A stretch of DNA of 64,000 nucleotides, from contig OZ249439.1 in NCBI GenBank assembly GCA_965235115.1, forward strand, positions 5,146,001-5,210,000. Direction: 5' to 3'. The DNA comes from Laetmonice hystrix. Taxonomy: Eukaryota. Shown here piece after piece: positions 40,513 to 52,708 of this stretch. Positions within the stretch are counted from its first letter, which is position 1. The number at the start of each line of letters is the position of its first letter. The notes under the pieces are model-generated. The model had not been told where the DNA came from. It did not search any database and was given only the letters and a program-made list of their open reading frames with translations. A program made the translations under genes and the position numbers.

Positions 40513-40584
40513 CCAGCTATGGTCTCGCCTAATGAGGTAGCAATCCTGGCTGTCAAGTGGCAACTCCGTGGCAATACATACATC
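40513..40584 (-). CDS. Candidate 72-nt symmetric exon (DVCIATELPLDSQDCYLIRRDHSW or MYVLPRSCHLTARIATSLGETIAG)
   Basis: Minus strand CTCTCAG| acceptor and TGG|GTAAGT consensus donor. Two frames are open. No homology recognised. Confidence 0.3.
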
Positions 40585-43317
40585 CTGAGAGTTGGCCACA
40601 AAAACCACACCCAGCGACATGCCCTTCCTTCACGTCGACCAGCGTTATTAGAACAAGACTCTCTTCCAATGTTCACCCGCCCCTGACAATGCCACTGGGT
40701 CGGGATTAGAGTGCGCGTTGTTGCCGCTATGATCCATCCGCCTAGTTCCTCTCAGCAAGCTTGTGTACAGCCCAACCCTTGTCATTAGCGCCAAGATACA
40801 TGCGGTTAACGTGCTTTGAGAGCGCTGCCTACAGCCGGTGGGGGTGAGTCTGTGTGTGTGACAGTGAAGGCTTGCACGTGTCGGAGCTGAGACTACTATC
40901 ACGGCCACATTACCTGGCCATGAATTATGTATGGAGCGAGCTAACCTTCAGCTACCTTTACTTCTTCTTTCTGCACCGTCCTCACCGCATCTGCACCTGC
41001 ATCGTGACGCTCCGCTGCTACTGTTGTTTCCACTGATGCTGGACCTCTACTGGCAGAATCCAAGTACCGGAGCGTCACACTCCAGTACTGATGCCACCAC
41101 TGCGCACACTAGTGCTCCGACCACACCGGACCGCCCCCCATGGGTGAGACGATAGCTGGAGCTGGGGGCTATCAGCATGACCACCATCATCTCCATCCTC
41201 CTCGGACAACCGTCCGTGCAGACAGCGCCTGCAGCGAGCGGCCAGTGAAACACGCTGCCACGACACCCGGCACACTACTGTTCCCTACCTACTTCACCTA
41301 GCTCTCAGTTAAAACTCCATGAATCTTCTCCCCTCCCTCTCTCTCTTAATTTGCCTCCTCTAAACGGATCGTCCTCAGCGCAGTCCTGTCTCCGCTGAGC
41401 CGCGTAAGAGGGATCAAGCCTGAAGTGCATTGACCTGATTCGGACTACACGGCCTCTGTGTTCACGAGGACCTACTGTAATGGAAAGAGCGGTATTTATC
41501 ACAACACGGGACGATGATCAGATCGATGCTGGTCGCTACTACTTACTCTACTCCACAGGAAAACACGGCAATGGCTCACTACTAATTAATGCCCTGCTTG
41601 AAGGTGGCAGCAGTTCCTACCTACATACAACAGTCTATCCTTCCAAATACATGATAAATCGTGTAAATTAACAAAACAATACGAGTAGATGTTAAACAAT
41701 CTATATTTTCTTACAACACACGAGGGAGTTAATTGCCAACAATATATGGTTACGCTAATAAACTTCCACAAAACTGTCAAAAACCGGGCACTATGAAACT
41801 ATCAATTGAGGCTTCTTCTACTCTTGTTTTCCAGCTCTGGTCATATGATACCTTGCTTTTCAAACTTATTCTTATTCTACATTAAACCTCTCACATTGTG
41901 ATCCGATCAATTTCCGTTGATGTTTTGCCAGCAGCAGAAGCAGGGTGTGTCATTAGCCCCAGGCAGTCTTGAAGGCAGTGTTCTGGGTTAGGTCGATTAA
42001 TGATCGTTCTGCACTTTGCAGCTCCAAGCGTTCATCTTTTGTTCGCGTACATAATAGGAAACTATTACCTGGCTGCCTACTGTGCCTTACCGACCACACT
42101 TTAGTACGCTCAGCCCCTTGGGTGCCCTGTTCTCCGCCGTGAGGGGCACTGAAAGACGCTCTAGCCACATACCGGAGTCCCTAAATTTCCTGGTAATCAC
42201 GACTGGAATGAATAAATCCTCACCTTGACTAAGAACAAAGTTGGCTGGAAAACCTCAAAGAGTTTTCAACTGTGGGCTCTGTGAAGCTGTATTGACCTAC
42301 AACATTTTTAGTCATTCATTATTTGTGACTTTATTTGGTGTATTTATTGATTGACAATGCATGCGGTATTTGGCGGTCTCTCTGTTAAAATCCGACCAGG
42401 CACCATGAATGGTCTGGCTCAAGTCAACTCGATTTTTCTTTCATTGTTGCATTCTTCCTCAGTTAAGATCGTCAAATCTTGCATGCCTGCAAGCCTCGCT
42501 GTGTGAAGTCAATTTGCTCGGTGTGCAAGATAAAGTACTAGAAGCTGGCTATCACATCAGAAGGGATTTTAGGGTAATTCTGGCTAATCACCGAATCTGG
42601 GCTGACTCATGTTGCCTTCTGATGTCGGCTTCAGTGAACATTTAAGGCCAGATTTCACTGACTGAACCACCGGCATCATTTCAAGAAAGCTGCCCCATTA
42701 AATTGAATTAACACATATATTATGAGATTTTCCCAACCTAACAACTCCGAGACAGCGGAATTATCACGATTATTTCCTCTTTCATCGATATTAATCAGCC
42801 CCAGGTGCAAAATGATTGGCTACGAGGCTAATGAATAAATTAAGGTGTCCATGTCAGCCAATTGTTATCCTGACCATCTTCCTATGCAGACCAACATATT
42901 TTAAAGTCCAATAGGAGCTCATCTGGCAGTATTTAGAGAAGGATAAAAAATAATCAAAGCTTTAACAACCATTTAATGGGTCTCTAATGGGTACTAGCTG
43001 GCGGGCACATCTGTAGCCTCCAAGAATTTACCTCGTGGCTACAGTGCCCAGATTTACATGTTATACACGAGGCACAGCTGCTCCCATCCCAAGCATCCAT
43101 CACTTTTTTTCTCTGTCTCTCTCTCTCCATAAGTTAAAAGTTTCCTATTGGTAATTTAAAAGCTTCAATGCAGAAACTTAATTAGTCCTTACAGTACAAT
43201 CTACTCATGCCATGGCATGTCTTAGTTCATCCGCTTACGAAAACTAGATGCTCTTCCCCTCGACCCATTATTCGCTCCTACTGACTGAGAACGACCAAGT
43301 ACAACTTTACATTCCTC

Positions 43318-43450
43318 TACCGGCCCCATTAATTAAACATCAGTCGTGTGCTCTCTGACCTTACCAGGTCTCAATGACAACATACACGATCAACTTATTG
43401 GTCGACTCCAAGAACATGATCTGCTGGATCCCACACAACACCAAGCTTTA
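43318..43450 (+). pseudogene. Degenerate non-LTR (CR1/L2-like) reverse-transcriptase fragment
   Basis: YRPH*LNISRVL, then a frameshift, then IHDQLIGRLQEHDLLDPTQH. This resembles the YRPISLLxxxSKVLE...xQLxxYLxxxxLLxxxQxGFR segment of LINE RT. Confidence 0.5.
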
Positions 43451-45224
43451 AACGTCGATAAATAAAATATAAAAAGTTCGCTTTGATCAGGATAAAAATA
43501 TGCCCTCAATGTGAGAATCCAGCCTGGGGCAATGGACACTACAACTCGGGGCCTCCGCATGTGATTTCAGTACCGCAGGCAATGAACATGTTTTGAATTC
43601 TTCCACTCTGTCCAAGTACAGTCTCCACAGCCGTTGTGCCACCAGTGTACAACAGCCGAATATAGAAACGCCAGTGACACTGTCTCATTGCGACCGCTCC
43701 ACACCAAGAACACCACTGACCCCCACCATGGTGTCAAAACGGCATCTCTCTTGGGACAGCCGCCGTGCCGGCAAATAAGCCGAGGTAGCCAATTCTTTAG
43801 GTGACCGGCATTGAAATGTGCCTTAAGTTTACACAGACGACTACAGTACAGGCAGGATCTATTGAAGGACACAATCCTGCGACCCGTGACTCAACCTGAC
43901 CAGTTTACTTTCAGGGCGCGTAGGAAATAGCGGAGAACACAAGGTATAGATCTAACATCTGTACACGTGGAAAACATCATAGAATATAGCCAGGTGCACA
44001 AATAATGAAATAAACCCATGGATTGACAGCCCTAATCCTCCATACCTGTGGGTATGAGACATTCGCTGGCATTCCGTTCGTACTTAGTGTGTCGTCAATG
44101 GGCCTCACAGCAACAAGTGTGCAACGTAAGGCAATTCATTATGGAACAATGTTGTTTATGTATCTTGCGCCCGTAAGCGAAGCCAAACCTTATGGTTTAC
44201 ACATTTCCCAATGACCTTTCAAAGATTAGCATCCTGTCTATCCTGGATTCTCTTGTCCCAAAACATGATAATATTTGATATCGTGGACATATAACGTGTG
44301 CCCCCCCCCCCATTATGTCGTGCCCTACAGGTCTGGCTCTAGCAACATTAGGATGCCACTTGCCATGTCACAAGGCCAGCAGAGCTCTCATAATGAGTGT
44401 CCCCGACCCTTGGGGAGCTGCCGTTCTGCCAGACATGTCAATTCCCTATGGCGCAATTACCTCGAGATACGCGCCCTGCGCTGTAACGAAGGACTCCCAA
44501 CACAAAAACTTGCATGTAGTCATGCACCCGTCAAATCCAGTCCACTCGTCGAGGCTCTGTTTCCAAGTCACACCAGTCAGATCATGGCGATTCTCGATGG
44601 CTTGGGTCTTTGATCACTATCCCCAAATGATGAAAACTAAAAGAACACATACAGGTTGTCCCCGCAATATAAGCCATACCTTCTATTGTTAATCTCTTGC
44701 GGCCTCTAAAAAATGTAATAACTGTTGTCATGATTTAGAAACAATACTGTAGATCGATCAAAATGTACCTGGCCAAAGGAAAACGGATAATTATTTACCC
44801 GTTACAGTAAAAAATAAAAATAAGTTCTCCACGTTGTAAATAATTATTGCAACAATGGTCATTTGGATTGTTTATTTTTTCAATATTGTCCTATTTCCGA
44901 CACAATCTGAGTACGTATTATGTTAATGATCTGGTAACCACATGCTGAGGTAACCATTGGGAGGATATATTTTTATACCAGGGTGATGTTTTTTCCCTAC
45001 ATTTGTCTAGATGATTACCAACACCGTCAAATGTAGATTACACGATGGGCTTGCCGTGGGTCCCTGTATGTGTATTTATAGAGAAGATATCCCACGGTGG
45101 CTTCCATAGTCATTGTTCTCTTGGTTTTCTAAATCCCGAGATAAGATTCCCTCAATGACGTGAATGAGTAGATCAGCCATTCCCCGCTTTGTCATCCATC
45201 AACCTTCAGTAGGCTACAGCCAGT

Positions 45225-48085
45225 CTGTACCCGAGTACAGACCTATACCCACATCGCCTACCTTACACGGTCAGTCTCTACCCGAGTACAGACCTACACC
45301 CACATCGCCTACCTTACATGGTCAGTCTGTACCCGAGTACAGACCTACACCCACATCACCTACCTTACACGGTCAGTCTGTACCCGAGTACAGACCTACA
45401 CCCACATCACCTACCTTACACGGTCAGTCTGTACCCGAGTACAGACCTACACCCACATCGCCTACCTCCCACGGTCAGTCTGTACCCGAGTACAGACCTC
45501 AACCTTCCACGGTCAGTCTATACCCGAGTACAGACCTCAACCTTACACGGTCAGTCTATACCCGAGTACAGACCTCAACCGTACACGGTCAGTCTATACC
45601 CGAGTACAGACCTCAACCTTCCACGGTCAGTCTATACCCGAGTACAGACCTACACCAACATCGCCTACCTTACACGGTCAGTCTGTACCCGAGTACAGAC
45701 CTACACCCACATCGCCTACCTCCCACGGTCAGTCTGTACCCGAGTACAGACCTACACCCACATCGCCTACCTTACACGGTCAGTCTGTACCCGAGTACAG
45801 ACCTACACCCACATCGCCTACCTTACACGGTCAGTCTGTACCCGAGTACAGACCTACACCCACATCGCCTACCTTACACGGTCAGTCTATACCCGAGTAC
45901 AGACCTACACCAACATCGCCTACCTTACACGGTCAGTCTATACCCGAGTACAGACCTACACCAACATCGCCTACCTTACACGGTCAGTCTATACCCGAGT
46001 ACAGACCTACACCCACATCGCCTACCTTACACGGTCAGTCTGTACCCGAGTACAGACCTACACCAACATCGCCTACCTTCCACGGTCAGTCTGTACCCGA
46101 GTACAGACCTACACCCACATCGCCTACCTTACACGGTCAGTCTGTACCCGAGTACAGACCTACACCCACATCGCCTACCTCCCACGGTCAGTCTATACCC
46201 GAGTACAGACCTACACCCACATCGCCTACCTTACACGGTCAGTCTGTACCCGAGTACAGACCTACACCCACATCGCCTACCTTACACGGTCAGTCTGTAC
46301 CCGAGTACAGACCTACACCCACATCGCCTACCTCCCACGGTCAGTCTATACCCGAGTACTGTAGACCTACACCCACATCGCCTACCTTACACGGTCAGTC
46401 TATACCCGAGTACAGACCTACACCCACATCGCCTACCTTACACGGTCAGTCTGTACCCGAGTACAGACCTACACCCACATCGCCTACCTTACACGGTCAG
46501 TCTCTACCCAAGTACAGACCTCCACCAACATCGCCTACCTTCCACGGTCAGTCTGTACCCGAGTACAGACCTACACCCACATCGCCTACCTCCCACGGCC
46601 AGTCTGTACCCGAGTACAGACCTACACCCACGTCGCCTACCTCCCACGGTCAGTCTGTACCCGAGTACAGACCCCAACCTTCCACGGTCAGTCTATACCC
46701 GAGTACAGACCTCAACCTTCCACGGTCAGTCTATACCCGAGTACAGACCTCAACCTCCCACGGTCAGTCTATACCCGAGTACAGACCTACACCCACATCG
46801 CCTACCTTACACGGTCAGTCTGTACCCGAGTACAGACCTCAACCGTACACGGTCAGTCTATACCCGAGTACAGACCTCAACCTTCCACGGTCAGTCTATA
46901 CCCGAGTACAGACCTCAACCTTCCATGGTCAGTCTATACCCGAGTACAGACCTCAACCGTACACGGTCAGTCTATACCCGAGTACAGACCTCAACCTTCC
47001 ACGGTCAGTCTATACCCGAGTACAAACCTCAACCGTCCACGGTCAGTCTGTACCCGAGTACAGACCTCAACCTTACACGGTCAGTCTATACCCGAGTACA
47101 GACCCAACACCCACATCGCCTACCTTACACGGTCAGTCTGTACCCGAGTACAGACCTCAACCTTCCACGGTCAGTCTATAATACCCGAGTACAGACCTCA
47201 ACCTTCCACGGCCAGTCTATACCCGAGTACAGACCTCAACCTTCCACGGTCAGTCTATACTCGAGTACAGACCTACACCCACATCGCCTACCTTACACGG
47301 TCAGTCTATACCCGAGTACAGACCTACACCCACATCGCCTACCTTCCACGGTCAGTCTATACCCGAGTACAGACCTACACCCACATCGCCTACCTTACAC
47401 GGTCAGTCTATACCCGAGTACAGACCTCAACCTTCCACGGTCAGTCTATACCCGAGACAGACCTCAACCTTCCACGGTCAGTCTATACCCGAGTACAGAC
47501 CTCAACCTTCCACGGTCAGTCTATACCCGAGTACAGACCTCAACCTTCCACGGTCAGTCTATACCCGGGCAAAGACCTCAACCTTCCACGGTCAGTCTAT
47601 ACCCGAGTACAGACCTCAACCTTCCACGGTCAGTCTATACCCGAGTACAGACCTCAACCTCCCACGGTCAGTCTATACCCGAGTACAGACCTCAACCTTC
47701 CACGGTCAGTCTATACCCGAGTACAGACCTCAACCTTGCACGGTCAGTCTATACCCGAGTACAGACCTCAACCTTCCACGGTCAGTCTATACCCGAGTAC
47801 AGACCACAACCTTCCACGGTCAGTCTATACCCGAGTACAGACCTCAACCTTCCACGGTCAGTCTATACCCGAGTACAGACCTCAACCGTACACGGTCAGT
47901 CTATACCCGAGTACAGACCTCAACCGTACACGGTCAGTCTATACCCGAGTACAGACCTCAACCTTCCACGGTCAGTCTATACCCGAGTACAGACCTCAAC
48001 CTTCCACGGTCAGTCTATACCCGAGTACAGACCACAACCTTCCACGGTCAGTCTATACCCGAGTACAGACCTCAACCTTCAGTCT
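45225..48085. repeat. Two-unit composite minisatellite: 51-bp and 38-bp units sharing a 30-bp core CACGGTCAGTCTRTACCCGAGTACAGACCT
   Basis: The 51-bp unit ends ACACCCACATCGCCTACCTTA and the 38-bp unit ends CAACCTTC. The array produces the 996-aa ORF. Confidence 0.96.
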
Positions 48086-48678
48086 ATACACTCTCCCAAC
48101 CACCAGAAGGAAAACACCCTCCCAACCATGCACAGGACAACAACAACCGTGTAGACATTTGTGAATCCCGGTCAGTCCTTCCTCAGCTATCGAATAAAGC
48201 GAGCCTAATGTCTTGTCCGTTATCCGAGAGGCGTTCGGTCAGCCTCATGTCCTTGTGTCCACCTATAAGTCTTGCTTGCCGTGGCTGGGCGGCCTCTCCT
48301 GTAGACCGCTATTACCTCTCGGTCGGGGGGTATAAAGATACGGCCCGCCGGACAAATTGATTACGGCCTATATCGGGGAAAGGGCCACAAGCACCAATGG
48401 TCAGAGCTAATCGAAAGTCTTTAATGCCACCTGGGTGAAAAAAAGGTTGCTTGGATTTGGAGAGTCCTGCAGAGAGGGGGTCAATCAGTGGACCAGCGAA
48501 TGGCCCCGACCACTGGCGGACAGAGAATGGCTCTAAGACCGCCGGGCAGTGAATGGACACCGCCCGACCGACCGACCACTGATCGCATATAGGTAAGCGA
48601 CCAGACGAGTGCCTCTTTGCCCCATCTCCAATCACTCCTACAGAGGAACGTGGCATTAGAACCAGAATGGTATCGCAT

Positions 48679-49367
48679 TTACTTCTGTAATAAAGGCCAG
48701 ATCTCCATATAACTGACTGCAGGCCTTGGCTATGTATTCTGCAATCATTACTTCTGTAATAAAGGCAAGATCTCCATATAACTGACTGCAGGCCTTGGCT
48801 ATGTATTCTGCAATCATTACTTCTGTAATAAAGGCAAGATCTCCATATAACTGACTGGAGGCCTTGGCTATGTATTCTGCAATCATTACTTCTGTAATAA
48901 AGGCAAGATCTCCATATAACTGACTGCAGGCCTTGGCTATGTATTCTGCAATCATTACTTCTGTAATAAAGGCAAGATCTCCATATAACTGACTGCAGGG
49001 CTTGGCTATGTATTCTGCAATCATTACTTCTGTAATAAAGGCACGATCTCCATATAACTGACTGCAGGGCTTGGCTATGTATTCTGCAATCATTACTTCT
49101 GTAATAAAGGCAAGATCTCCATATAACTGATTGCAGGGCTTGGCTATGTATTCTGCAATCATTACTTCTGTAATAAAGGCACGATCTCCATATAACTGAC
49201 TGCAGGCCTTGGCTATGTATTCTGCAATCATTACTTCTGTAATAAAGGCACGATCTCCATATAACTGATTGCAGGCCTTGGCTATGTATTCTGCAATCAT
49301 TACTTCTGTAATAAAGGCAAGATCTCCATATAACTGATTGCAGGCCTTGGCTATGTATTCTGCAATC
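48679..49367. repeat. 69-bp minisatellite (about 10 copies)
   Basis: TTACTTCTG at 48679 and 48748. It produces 23-codon periodic ORFs. Confidence 0.96.
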
Positions 49368-50198
49368 AGGTGCAATAACCCTCAACCCAATCTATATAGA
49401 ATGGGTGCAATCACTGATGGACCAACACTCTATACGTTAATTACAACAAAGTCATCAGGGCCAACTTAAGTTTTGAAACTCCGGACTCTGGACAAGAAAA
49501 AGTTGAATTTGCCTGGCCACAACAGAATCGTGGCCTTGTCCTTTTTCTGATGCGGTTCTTTATAGATTTTTTTCGCTAGAAGCCAACAATCTCCGGCGTG
49601 TGGGAATAAAGAAACAACCTACATTTTGCTGCAAGTGCACAATTATCTACTAACCTTGCTATAGGATCAATGCTGATCAAGCATGAGTGCATCTAAAAAA
49701 AACTTACCTAAAGCTTCCAGCACCACCACCCACAAAGCTCATAATCATACTCCGCAAAAATTGATATCCGTGTTTCTGTGAAAAAGAAACCTGTTGCCAA
49801 GCAACTTGGTCGATTTGTATTCACGTGGGATCGGCGCATATGGCGCCTGTGAAGAAGGCGGTGTCTGATTGGCCTGTTCAGTTGTGCTTGGTGAGCTGGC
49901 TGATACCAGCAGCTATTGTTACAGAAACCTTCACGAATCCAGGCAGCTGCAGCACGCCAAACTCTAACCAACTATCACATGTATTCTTAATTCTGGCGGT
50001 CCTGCCTTTGAATCTGGTCTTATTATGTCATGTCAACATGTTTTATCCTTATAGTCTAATGGCTGTCTCATGGCTGTCTATTGAAGGTTCCATAGAAATG
50101 GAAGCTTATGGTTACAATACAGGTGGAAAGATATATCATGATAGAAACTATGAAAATCAATGCCAATAAAGAGCTTATACAATTCAAATATCCACCTT

Positions 50199-50846
50199 GG
50201 AATGTCAGCACTACTGTCCCATCATCAACCACTTTATAAATCCCGCCACTGACACGGAATATCAGCACTACTGTCCCATCATCAACCACTTTATAAATCC
50301 CGCCACTGACACGGAATATCAGCACTACTGTCCCATCATCAACCACTTTATAAATCCCGCCACTGACACGGAATATCAGCACTACTGTCCCACCATCAAC
50401 CACTTTATAAATCCCGCCACTGACACGGAATATCAGCACTACTGTCCCATCATCAACCACTTTATAAATCCCGCCACTGACACGGAATGTCAGCACTACT
50501 GTCCCATCATCAACCATTTTATAAATCCCGCCACTGACACGGAATATCAGCACTACTGTCCCATCATCAACCACTTTATAAATCCCGCCACTGACACGGA
50601 TGTCAGCACTACTGTCCCACCATCAACCACTTTATAAATCCCGCCACTGACACGGAATATCAGCACTACTGTCCCATCATCAACCACTTTATAAATCCCG
50701 CCACTGACACGGAATGTCAGCACTACTGTCCCATCATCAACCATTTTATAAATCCCGCCACTGACACGGAATGTCAGCACTACTGTCCCATCATCAACCA
50801 CTTTATAAATCCCGCCACTGACACGGAATATCAGCACTACTGTCCC
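50199..50846. repeat. 57-bp minisatellite, left part (about 11.4 copies)
   Basis: Unit RTCAGCACTACTGTCCCATCATCAACCACTTTATAAATCCCGCCACTGACACGGAAT. Confidence 0.97.
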
Positions 50847-51691
50847 TAGTCCGAGAGACTCTGCCTCTGCGTTCCCCTGCGTTCCACTTAGAGTCAGAGT
50901 GCAGATATCACAAACTCCCATAGAGAAAATTTCAGCCCGTCTAACAACACACTTAAACTTAGTGTCTGGTTCTCAGACTCCTCACATGCCTTCTACCTGC
51001 CACCCGGCGTTAATTCCAATATGTTTCGATCGAAATTTTACTCTATTCTCACACTTACAAGAGTTAGAAAAAGTGAACCGACAACGGTTCGTAGCGACGT
51101 CCATCATTTTGTTTCGGATGCCGCTGGTGTTTATACTAGTCGATCACTTCCTGTTTGCTGGCATAACCTGTCAGAACCTCTTCTACAGTTATATTTTCTC
51201 GTCTCAGCTTTGATAAGACACGAATACCTGTTGTCCTAACATTTGCAAAGCAAACACAACAAATATCGTCGTCCATGACTTAGATTGTGCGATTTAGCAG
51301 GAAATGACTGGCTACCTAGATCTAGACGGAAGTGATCGGTTGGTAGCCTTTGGCACTGATCAGCACAGATTAGCATACACACACGTGACCTCCGGTTCCA
51401 TTATGGCATCGGAAAGTTGGGTCATCGTGCGAAAGGCTGGCAAATAACTGCTGGATTACTGTTAAATCCAAAGGATTTAAACTCTGCAAAGGCTGTAAAC
51501 TGAAGGTGTAGTGTTTAGGGACGTGTGGGTGAAGTTTTAGCACATGACATTCAATGGTTTGGAAGAAAAGTGTACTCCAAGGCGATGAAGTCTACTCGAC
51601 CATTTTGGTCGAGTAAAATTAACATTGAATTAAATAGGAGTGCACTCTATCCCTCGGAGGGCACCGGAGTGGGATAGAGCCTCTCGATCTA
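50847..51691. mobile_element. 845-bp non-autonomous DNA transposon with TAG...CTA termini and a 9-bp target-site duplication (Academ-like or Mutator-like)
   Basis: TACTGTCCC at 50838-50846 and 51692-51700. Left end TAGTCCGAGAGACTCT versus right-end reverse complement TAGATCGAGAGGCTCT (13/16). Subterminal hairpins are present. Confidence 0.85.
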
Positions 51692-52133
51692 TACTGTCCC
51701 ATCATCAACCACTTTATAAATCCCGCCACTGACACGGAATGTCAGCACTACTGTCCCATCATCAACCACTTTATAAATCCCGCCACTGACACGGAATGTC
51801 AGCACTACTGTCCCATCATCAACCACTTTATAAATCCCGCCACTGACACGGAATATCAGCACTACTGTCCCATCATCAACCACTTTATAAATCCCGCCAC
51901 TGACACGGATGTCAGCACTACTGTCCCATCATCAACCACTTTATAAATCCCGCCACTGACAAGGAATGTCAGCACTACTGTCCCATCATCAACCACTTTA
52001 TAAATCCCGCCACTGACACGGATGTCAGCACTACTGTCCCATCATCAACCACTTTATAAATCCCGCCACTGACACGGAATGTCAGCACTACTGTCCCATC
52101 ATCAACCATTTTATAAAGCCCGCCACTGACACG
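51692..52133. repeat. 57-bp minisatellite, right part (about 7.8 copies)
   Basis: Same unit as 50199-50846, resuming in register after the insertion. Confidence 0.97.
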
Positions 52134-52454
52134 ATTTTTAACCCATCAGAAATACCCTGGATCTCTCGCGGACCATTTGATACGGGGGCGCTATGTTTTT
52201 TCTTCATGAGCAAACTTTTTTTTGCCCCCAGGCCGAAGCTTCTTTTTTTCGCTATGACCATTAATCAAACAGAACTCGATTTTATGCAGTGTTCGGTTGC
52301 TCAATGCTGGGTTGTTCGGTTGCTCAATGCTGGGCACAGTTTCTAGTGTAGATTGATTCCAAATTTTCTGCTCAAACTCACAGGCCGGAAGGTTAAGACG
52401 CTTACGTCTCGTCAGTTTGAGAAGAAAATGTCGACTCCAGCTCCACCACGAAAT

Positions 52455-52708
52455 CCAGGCCCAGATTTTAATAGGAAGATTAAGCAGTATCTCGAGCTTA
52501 CAACACAAACACGCTGAACACAGCCACAAGCTCCCACAACTGACTGTGAAAATGTTTACAAGTTTGATTTGCCACTTAATAAAATCCACTTGATATATTG
52601 GGAACAACAACTGAAGAGACTCTCTGTTGATAAGCATTTGGTTGGTATATTGACCTCAATCTTGTGATGTAGGGCTGCTCAAACTTGCTTTTAAAAACCG
52701 GGCCCTGG
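52455..52708. mobile_element. MITE with imperfect TIRs of about 33 bp (CCAGGGCCC.G termini)
   Basis: Left CCAGGCCCAGATTTTAATAGGAAGATTAAGCAG versus right-end reverse complement CCAGGGCCCGGTTTTTAAAAGCAAGTTTGAGCAG. Confidence 0.65.

Noticed and set aside
41440-41620. Possible LINE endonuclease relic (IDAGRYYLLYSTGKHGNGSLLIN)
   Set aside because: The resemblance is short and lacks the catalytic ET/SDH motifs, which is too weak to list without a search.
45164-48164. 996-aa P/S/T/Y-rich ORF (mucin- or extensin-like appearance)
   Set aside because: The 38-bp units shift frame and the peptide cycles through all three translations of the repeat. This is satellite, not a coding repeat.
48312-50921. 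Protein-like repeats from the 69-bp and 57-bp arrays (MIAEYIAKACSQLYGDLAFITEV; VVDDGTVVLIFRVSGGIYK)
   Set aside because: Only about a third of the arrays have unit lengths divisible by 3, as expected by chance. The 57-bp array has 1-nt indels and a transposon insertion.
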